Assembly: GCA_903894565.1 (NCBI GenBank)
Contig: CAITQP010000011.1
Span: 70,515-134,514 of the forward strand
Origin: an uncultured bacterium
Lineage (GTDB): Bacteria > Patescibacteriota > Minisyncoccia > Phycocordibacterales > UBA9973
Reading direction: 5' to 3'
Length of the DNA: 64,000 bases
The notes under the pieces were generated by a model. That model made no database searches, had not been told where the DNA came from, and was given only the letters and a program-made list of their open reading frames with translations. Positions 57,063-64,000 of the stretch are shown piece by piece; positions within the stretch are counted from its first letter, which is position 1; each line of letters starts with the position of its first letter. A program made the translations under genes and the position numbers.

Positions 57063-57893
57063 TTAGTTTCCTACCATTCCGGCGACTTCACGTATCAGCT
57101 TCTCAGCGATGTCCTTTTCAACACCAAACATTCGAACGAGATCGCGTGCCTCGTACGTGAGCAAATCTTGCGCGAGAATAATATTTTTCTTGGCGAGTTC
57201 AGGCAACAACAATTTTGGAAGCGATGGCAAGACGGTGACTGGATAGAGTTTTTTGTCGGCAATGATATCTTCAAGACTTGCACCGCGTGGATAATTCCAG
57301 CCAGTCAATCGAATACCTCGACACTTTGCATACTGAATAGCTGCATCAGTAAATTTTGTGTTCGTCACAACCCACATCGCATATTCAAATTTCTTCTGAT
57401 TATTTTCCGGTTCGTTTTTGACGATATCAATCAGTCGAGCGTCAGCATACATAATGACGTCAACGTGCGTTTTGATTCCCGGTTCGTTGTGATATTTGGC
57501 CTCAACGAGAAAACGCTTACTGCCTTCAGCCGCGATGACATCGATCTCATGCGAGACACATTTGCCCTTAAGTGTGACGTCACGCTTGGTGGTGAATCCA
57601 TACGCTTGAAGCACAACTTCAAAATATTGTTCGAAGATAAATCCAGCAGGTCCAAGCGCCTCAAGACCGCGACGCAAACTATAGCGAGCTGCGACATCCG
57701 GCGCTTCTTTCATGAGATATTTCAGAGACTTACGAAATATAGAATTGGTCGAATCATTTGGGTTTACTTTTGTCCCAACAGTACGACAAATAGTATCAGC
57801 GACATCACGTGGAGCACCTGCCTTACGCATCGAAAGACACAGTTTCGAAGGACTAAATTCTTCTCGCACGCCACCAGTCTTTACGATTTCCAT
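57063..57893 (-). CDS. ATP-cone plus Mrr-like restriction endonuclease domain protein
   Basis: N-terminal ATP cone (IVK..G.RE.F...KL), G..FE, EIDV, VEAK, VTNT.FT..A and a C-terminal HhH-like region. Confidence 0.8.
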   Translation of the reverse strand: MEIVKTGGVREEFSPSKLCLSMRKAGAPRDVADTICRTVGTKVNPNDSTNSIFRKSLKYLMKEAPDVAARYSLRRGLEALGPAGFIFEQYFEVVLQAYGFTTKRDVTLKGKCVSHEIDVIAAEGSKRFLVEAKYHNEPGIKTHVDVIMYADARLIDIVKNEPENNQKKFEYAMWVVTNTKFTDAAIQYAKCRGIRLTGWNYPRGASLEDIIADKKLYPVTVLPSLPKLLLPELAKKNIILAQDLLTYEARDLVRMFGVEKDIAEKLIREVAGMVGN

Positions 57894-57997
57894 ATATTCC
57901 CATTCTACCACGGAGACTCAAAAGGTGGAAAAGTGACCTATCTTTTGCATTGCGAAATGGTAGGATGGTTGCAACTCACAACTACATTAAAATTAAA

Positions 57998-58300
57998 ATG
58001 GAAAACCACGCTAGTATCTGCGGAACACTTGCTTCCCTTTTTTCAATTGGGTTATGCATTTATGGCACACCCAGCCAGATTTGGATTATCTGGAAAAAGA
58101 AAGCCGCTGACGAAATATCTGGACCCAACACATATATGACTGCGGGCTACGCAGTCTTCATGTGTGGGTACGGATTCGAAATCCATAGTGCCTATATATT
58201 TGTCCCAGAATTTATTGGGTCGATATCGAGCGTACTTTTGGTAATACTTGTAATTTATTACAAGTATTTTAATAAAAATAATACGCCGCCTCCATTATAA
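57998..58300 (+). CDS. PQ-loop/SemiSWEET-like small transporter
   Basis: 3 TM segments, PSQIW.IWK.K.A..IS and YG. Confidence 0.65.
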   Translation: MENHASICGTLASLFSIGLCIYGTPSQIWIIWKKKAADEISGPNTYMTAGYAVFMCGYGFEIHSAYIFVPEFIGSISSVLLVILVIYYKYFNKNNTPPPL

Positions 58301-58307
58301 GAGGCGG

Positions 58308-59351
58308 CTATATTTTTTCCCACGGAGCACCGCTATGAATAAAATGTCCGTGTGCTGCAACATTTTTGTACACTGCATTTCGGAGTCCAAGTTTTTCAAT
58401 AATTGCTTTTGGCGCGAAATCAAATCGTCCTTGTATTACACTTGAAATATCTTCGCCATTTTCATTGGTGACTGTTAGCATTACAGGTTCTGCTACACCG
58501 ATAGCGTACGCGACAGAGACGAGCGCTTCTTTTGCTACTCCTTCGCGCACAAGTGCTTTTGCAACAAAGCGCGCCATGTAGGCAGCAGAGCGATCTACTT
58601 TGGTCGCATCTTTACCACTGAAACACCCACCGCCGTGCGGAATAATTCCCCCGTACGTATCAACCATGATCTTTCTTCCGGTGAGTCCTGTGTCAGCATC
58701 AAATCCACCAATCGTGAACATGCCACTTGGATTAATAATCACTCTCGCCGTTTGAAGCGTGTCGCCGAAAATTGGTTTGAGTACGACTTCACGAATTCCA
58801 TTTTCGATCTCCGTATGCGTTACTTGTTCGGTGTGCTGTACACTCACCACAATCGTATCGACGACATCATCTACCATCGTGATCTGAGTTTTGCCATCAG
58901 GAAGAAGCCACGGAAGACGCGCACTGGTTTCTGGTTTGTCGAGCAATTCGACGATACGTGCAGCATACACAACACCGCGCGGAAGCATCTCAGGAGTTTC
59001 GTTCGTAGCGAATCCGTACATGATCCCTTGATCCCCCGCTCCATCATGATTCACCCCTTCCGCAATCTCTGGTGACTGCTTCACAATCTGCGTGCGAATT
59101 TCGATGTCGCTCGTGAATCCAATCGAGCGATACACATCACGCGCAATGCTCTCGACATCGACATATGCAGTCGAAGTAATCTCGCCACCGAGTGTGAGCA
59201 GTCCATGCGCTCCAAATGCCTCAATCGCAACACGTGCAAATGGATCTTGTGCAAGATGTGCATCAAGAATTGCATCTGAAATTTGATCGCACACTTTGTC
59301 AGGGTGACCGCGACGAACATTTTCGACTGTGTATTTTTTTGGTATATACAT
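58308..59351 (-). CDS. metK: S-adenosylmethionine synthetase
   Basis: GHPDKVCDQISD, GAGDQG.MYG, GLTGRKI.VDTYGG and GGG.FSGKD.TKVDRS. True start is 59351. Confidence 0.96.
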   Translation of the reverse strand: MYIPKKYTVENVRRGHPDKVCDQISDAILDAHLAQDPFARVAIEAFGAHGLLTLGGEITSTAYVDVESIARDVYRSIGFTSDIEIRTQIVKQSPEIAEGVNHDGAGDQGIMYGFATNETPEMLPRGVVYAARIVELLDKPETSARLPWLLPDGKTQITMVDDVVDTIVVSVQHTEQVTHTEIENGIREVVLKPIFGDTLQTARVIINPSGMFTIGGFDADTGLTGRKIMVDTYGGIIPHGGGCFSGKDATKVDRSAAYMARFVAKALVREGVAKEALVSVAYAIGVAEPVMLTVTNENGEDISSVIQGRFDFAPKAIIEKLGLRNAVYKNVAAHGHFIHSGAPWEKI

Positions 59352-59383
59352 AAAGTTTAATAACAAATAGTAAGGAGAAGAAT

Positions 59384-59517
59384 AAAAAAAATACTCTTCA
59401 CCCGACAGGTAAGAGTACGACGTGTATCTTCCTTTCGGAATTTGGATGAAGCACCTTGCACTCGGGTAGGTTGCTGGTGGGTCATTGAGCCAAATCTCTC
59501 GCCACACTCTTGATACA
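59384..59517 (-). ncRNA. SAM-I riboswitch with terminator
   Basis: The minus strand reads TGTATCAAGAG-TGTGGCGAGAGATTTGGCTCAATGACCCAC-CAGCAACC...AAGGTGCT..ATCC...GGAAGATACA, then TACTCTT..AAGAGTA plus a T8 run, upstream of metK. Confidence 0.92.
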
Positions 59518-59682
59518 AACGATATTCAGTTGTATTGACACATTACCAGAACTCTCCTAAAAAAGCAAAAGCCCGACGCAGATAGGCTACGTCGGGACTC
59601 TTACTTTTTGTCGACCACTTATACATGTATTATACCTATATGTCTATACGATATCAAGCAAGCAGACTGTGGATTTTGTTTT

Positions 59683-60129
59683 CTAGATGCGATATTTTTT
59701 TCCGCGCCACTTGTCAGCGACTTTGACACGAGTGAGTGAGCGTTCAAGTTCACTTGCAAAGTGTTCGAAGTCTACAACCTCGCCATTCTCTTTCATCTTT
59801 TTCAATTCATCTGCACGAGCTTGTGCAGCACGAACTGCATCTTCAGAAATTTCTTTGACGTGTTCTGCGAAATCTGCGAGTACGGCGACTTCAGTCACAC
59901 CGCTAACGCCTTTGACTTCGATGAAGCCACCGGAGACTGCCATTGGTACAACGTCCTCGCCGTGACGGGCGACGATATCTCCTGAAGCGAGTCCAGACAC
60001 GAGCGGAATGTGATGTGGAAGAATGGTGATTTCACCTTCGGTGGTAGGAATTGTTACAGAATCTACCATTTCTTCAAGCACCGTTTTCTCGGGCGTGATT
60101 ATTTTGAGTTTTATTTGATTACTTGACAT
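59683..60129 (-). CDS. atpC: ATP synthase F1 epsilon
   Basis: IITPE, GE..ILPHH.P and VSGGF.EV. Confidence 0.95.
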   Translation of the reverse strand: MSSNQIKLKIITPEKTVLEEMVDSVTIPTTEGEITILPHHIPLVSGLASGDIVARHGEDVVPMAVSGGFIEVKGVSGVTEVAVLADFAEHVKEISEDAVRAAQARADELKKMKENGEVVDFEHFASELERSLTRVKVADKWRGKKYRI

Positions 60130-60151
60130 AAATGATATTTTAATCTATTCT
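60123..60151 (+). promoter_or_regulatory. sigma70 promoter for the opposite-strand small ORF
   Basis: TTGACA-N17-TATTCT; the -35 overlaps the atpC start codon. Confidence 0.55.
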
Positions 60152-60169
60152 ACTAACAAACCCTTTTTT

Positions 60170-60307
60170 ATGATTCTAAGTATAGCCGTTCAGGGATACG
60201 AGATAAATCCCTACGTTTTGGCAATCGGACTATTTGTCCTTGCCATATGTGGAATCTTCGGTGGAAGGTTCCTTCGCTTCTTAGCGAATAAATTCAAATC
60301 CACCTAG
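60170..60307 (+). CDS. 45-aa single-TM small protein between atpD and atpC, not in the ORF track
   Basis: MILSIAVQGYEINPYVLAIGLFVLAICGIFGGRFLRFLANKFKST, with a promoter upstream and a terminator immediately downstream. Confidence 0.65.
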   Translation: MILSIAVQGYEINPYVLAIGLFVLAICGIFGGRFLRFLANKFKST

Positions 60308-60340
60308 CTCCGAGAAAAAACATTTTTTTCTCGGAGTTTT
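60308..60340 (+). terminator. Plus-strand terminator after the small ORF
   Basis: CTCCGAGAAAAAA-CAT-TTTTTTCTCGGAG-TTTT. Confidence 0.65.
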
Positions 60341-60347
60341 GCATTAC

Positions 60348-61721
<1,374 letters not shown>

Positions 61722-61744
61722 TTAATAATCTTATAAAAATATTG

Positions 61745-62641
61745 TTAACTGACACTTGCCATACCTGCGGAGATCTCGGAAATTTCTTGCGTGATTCCAG
61801 CTTGGCGAGCTTTGTTAAATGCTAATGTCAGGTCATCGATCATCTCTCCTGCGGCGTCACTTGCGTTCTTCATCGCAAGCATTCGAGCAGAGTGTTCACT
61901 GGCGGTCGATTCGAGAATCATCTGGTAGACACGCATGCGGGCAATCTTCTCGACAATCATACTCATGAGCGTTTCGTAATCTGGCTCGAAAGTGTAATTG
62001 ATTGTTGCCTTCGATGCGTTTTGTTTTGCTTCAGCGATTGTTTCCATCAGTTCATCTTTTTTGACAGGAAGCAGTGTCGCTATCTGTGGAGTCTGTGTGA
62101 GGGCTGAAACGAAATCCGTGTATGCGACACACACTCGATCATATCCGCCTTTTTTGTAGAGATCGAGAATATAATTGCCGATTGGATAAATATCACTGAG
62201 CTTTGGGGCATCGGCGATATCATTGAAAGATGCGATGATGTTTTGTCCGAGACGGCGGAGATTGCTCTCCCCCTTCGCACCGATAGAAATGAAGTCGAGT
62301 GTCTGACCTGCGTGTTCACGGATGAATGCGATCGTCTTGCGCGTGACTTGAGAATTGTATCCGCCACAGAGTGAGCGATTTGATGTTACGAGCACGACGA
62401 GAATTTTTTCTTTCGTCTTGTCAGTACCTGCGCCCGCGATGAGTGGATTCTGTGTTTCAGAAACGTACTCTGCGAGTGACTGCAAAACTTCCCATGAGTA
62501 GCCGGCATAAGCTCGCGAAGCGAGCGTCGCAGATATTGCGCGCTTCATCTTAGACGCCGAGACGAGTTCCATCGCCTTGGTGATCTTTTTCGTGTTTTTG
62601 ATCGATTTGATTCGACGTTTGAGTTCTTTTCCAGCTGCCAT
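61745..62641 (-). CDS. atpG: ATP synthase F1 gamma
   Basis: KITKAMELV, SEH.ARM.AM and RQA.ITQEI.EI. Confidence 0.97.
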   Translation of the reverse strand: MAAGKELKRRIKSIKNTKKITKAMELVSASKMKRAISATLASRAYAGYSWEVLQSLAEYVSETQNPLIAGAGTDKTKEKILVVLVTSNRSLCGGYNSQVTRKTIAFIREHAGQTLDFISIGAKGESNLRRLGQNIIASFNDIADAPKLSDIYPIGNYILDLYKKGGYDRVCVAYTDFVSALTQTPQIATLLPVKKDELMETIAEAKQNASKATINYTFEPDYETLMSMIVEKIARMRVYQMILESTASEHSARMLAMKNASDAAGEMIDDLTLAFNKARQAGITQEISEISAGMASVS

Positions 62642-62662
62642 AATATTAATTAAATAGAATTA

Positions 62663-64000
62663 CTACGCGAATACTTTTTTGAAGTCTTCGATCGCTTGTT
62701 TCAATTCTGCTTCGCCATCGTCTTCCCACATTTTTTTCTCGCGAACTTGTTTGAGGAAAGTTTTTGCATTCTGCTCAACGTATTCGACAAGTCCTTTTTC
62801 AAACTCGCCAATCTTCGCGACAGGAATACTGTCGAGATATCCCTTCACGAGCGCGTAGAGCGCAACGATCTGGTGCTCAACGAGCATTGGTGAGTACTGT
62901 GGCTGTTTCAAAAGTTCAACTGCGCGCTTTCCGCGTTCGAGCTGAGACTTGGTTGCTTCGTCGAGGTCGCTACCGAATTGACTGAACGCTTCGAGTTCAC
63001 GGAATTGTGCGAGGTCGAGCTTGATAGTTCCAGCGACTTTCTTCATTCCCTTGATCTGTGCTGATCCTCCCACGCGAGACACGGAGAGACCGACGTTGAT
63101 GGCTGGGCGGATACCCTTGTAAAAGAGATCAGTTTCCAAGAAGATTTGTCCGTCTGTAATCGAAATCACGTTGGTTGGAATGTATGCGGACACGTCACCA
63201 CCTTGTGTCTCGATGATTGGAAGTGCGGTGATTGATCCACCACCGTAATCTTTGTTCTTGCGACACGCACGCTCAAGGAGACGTGAGTGCAAGTAGAAGA
63301 CGTCTCCAGGATATGCTTCGCGACCTGGTGGACGGCGGAGCAAGAGCGAGATTTCGCGGTACGCGACAGCGTGCTTTGAAAGATCATCGTAGACGATCAA
63401 AACATCCTGACCTTTGTCCATGAAATATTCGGCAATAGAAACTCCAGCGTATGGTGCAATGTATGCAAGCGCTGCAGGATCTGATGCACCAGCTGAAACA
63501 ATGACAGTGTAATCCATCGCGCCACCTTCGCGGAGACGAGTTTCGAGTTTGCGGAGTTTTGAATCCTTCTGACCAATTGAAACGTACACACAGATCATGT
63601 TCTGACCTTTCTGGTTGAGGATGGTGTCGATTGCGATTGCAGTCTTTCCAGTCTGGCGGTCACCGATGATGAGCTCACGCTGTCCACGACCAATTGGTAC
63701 GAGGGCGTCGATCGCTTTTATACCGGTCTGCATTGGCTGGTCGACACCCTGACGAGTGATCACACCTGAAGCAACGCGCTCGATTGGGTATGTTGCTGAA
63801 GCCTTCACTGCACCCATGCCATCGATTGGCTTGCCGAGCACGTCAACAGTGCGTCCGACGAGAGCCTCGCCGACTCCGATTTCAAGAATTTTTCCTGTCG
63901 CTTTGACTTCGTCACCCTCTTTGATAGTTGCGTAGTCACCAAGCACAATGATACCGACAGAGTCTTCTTCGAGGTTGAGCGCAACACCCATTACTCCTGA
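62663..64000 (-). CDS. atpA: ATP synthase F1 alpha (5' part lies beyond the window)
   Basis: [20 protein letters not shown] and [12 protein letters not shown]. Confidence 0.98.
   Translation of the reverse strand, partial: SGVMGVALNLEEDSVGIIVLGDYATIKEGDEVKATGKILEIGVGEALVGRTVDVLGKPIDGMGAVKASATYPIERVASGVITRQGVDQPMQTGIKAIDALVPIGRGQRELIIGDRQTGKTAIAIDTILNQKGQNMICVYVSIGQKDSKLRKLETRLREGGAMDYTVIVSAGASDPAALAYIAPYAGVSIAEYFMDKGQDVLIVYDDLSKHAVAYREISLLLRRPPGREAYPGDVFYLHSRLLERACRKNKDYGGGSITALPIIETQGGDVSAYIPTNVISITDGQIFLETDLFYKGIRPAINVGLSVSRVGGSAQIKGMKKVAGTIKLDLAQFRELEAFSQFGSDLDEATKSQLERGKRAVELLKQPQYSPMLVEHQIVALYALVKGYLDSIPVAKIGEFEKGLVEYVEQNAKTFLKQVREKKMWEDDGEAELKQAIEDFKKVFA

Noticed and set aside
56982-58139. 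385-aa plus-strand ORF
   Set aside because: It is an antisense shadow of the ATP-cone nuclease gene and has no recognisable motifs.
59352-59507. N-terminal extension of metK in the ORF track
   Set aside because: It overlaps the SAM-I aptamer and terminator; the real start is 59351.

Overview
Gene-dense bacterial window using the standard genetic code (TAA, TAG and TGA all act as stops). Gene content and style point to a Patescibacteria/CPR (Parcubacteria-like) genome; this taxonomy is inferred from the short aspS and metK, CPR-type hypothetical families, scattered ribosomal genes, rare Shine-Dalgarno sites and many apparently leaderless genes. Most of the window is housekeeping: gatB, dnaJ, cysS, trpS, aspS, gltX, rplU, rpmA, rplI, recR, dnaB, scpAB, murE-mraY-ftsW-murG, rsmI, metK and atpAGDC. 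No tRNA, rRNA, CRISPR array or transposase was seen. The most notable signals are: (1) a YerC/HisR-like repressor gene whose own 3' end (His-His-His codons plus mutually exclusive 1:2, 2:3 and 3:4 hairpins) looks like a ribosome-mediated histidine attenuator, with tandem operator-like sites over its leaderless promoter and two ORFans downstream; (2) a signalling-like island with two paralogous stand-alone membrane sensor proteins, an EamA exporter, a DUF2156 transferase-like protein, a 97-aa protein and a soluble GAF histidine kinase, next to a complete arginine-to-homospermidine gene set; (3) a T-box before aspS with an ultrashort Stem I but a transcription terminator; (4) a 71-bp structured repeat in two copies whose four differences are all compensatory; (5) unannotated small ORFs, including a single-TM gene on the opposite strand between atpD and atpC; and (6) a SAM-I riboswitch before metK.
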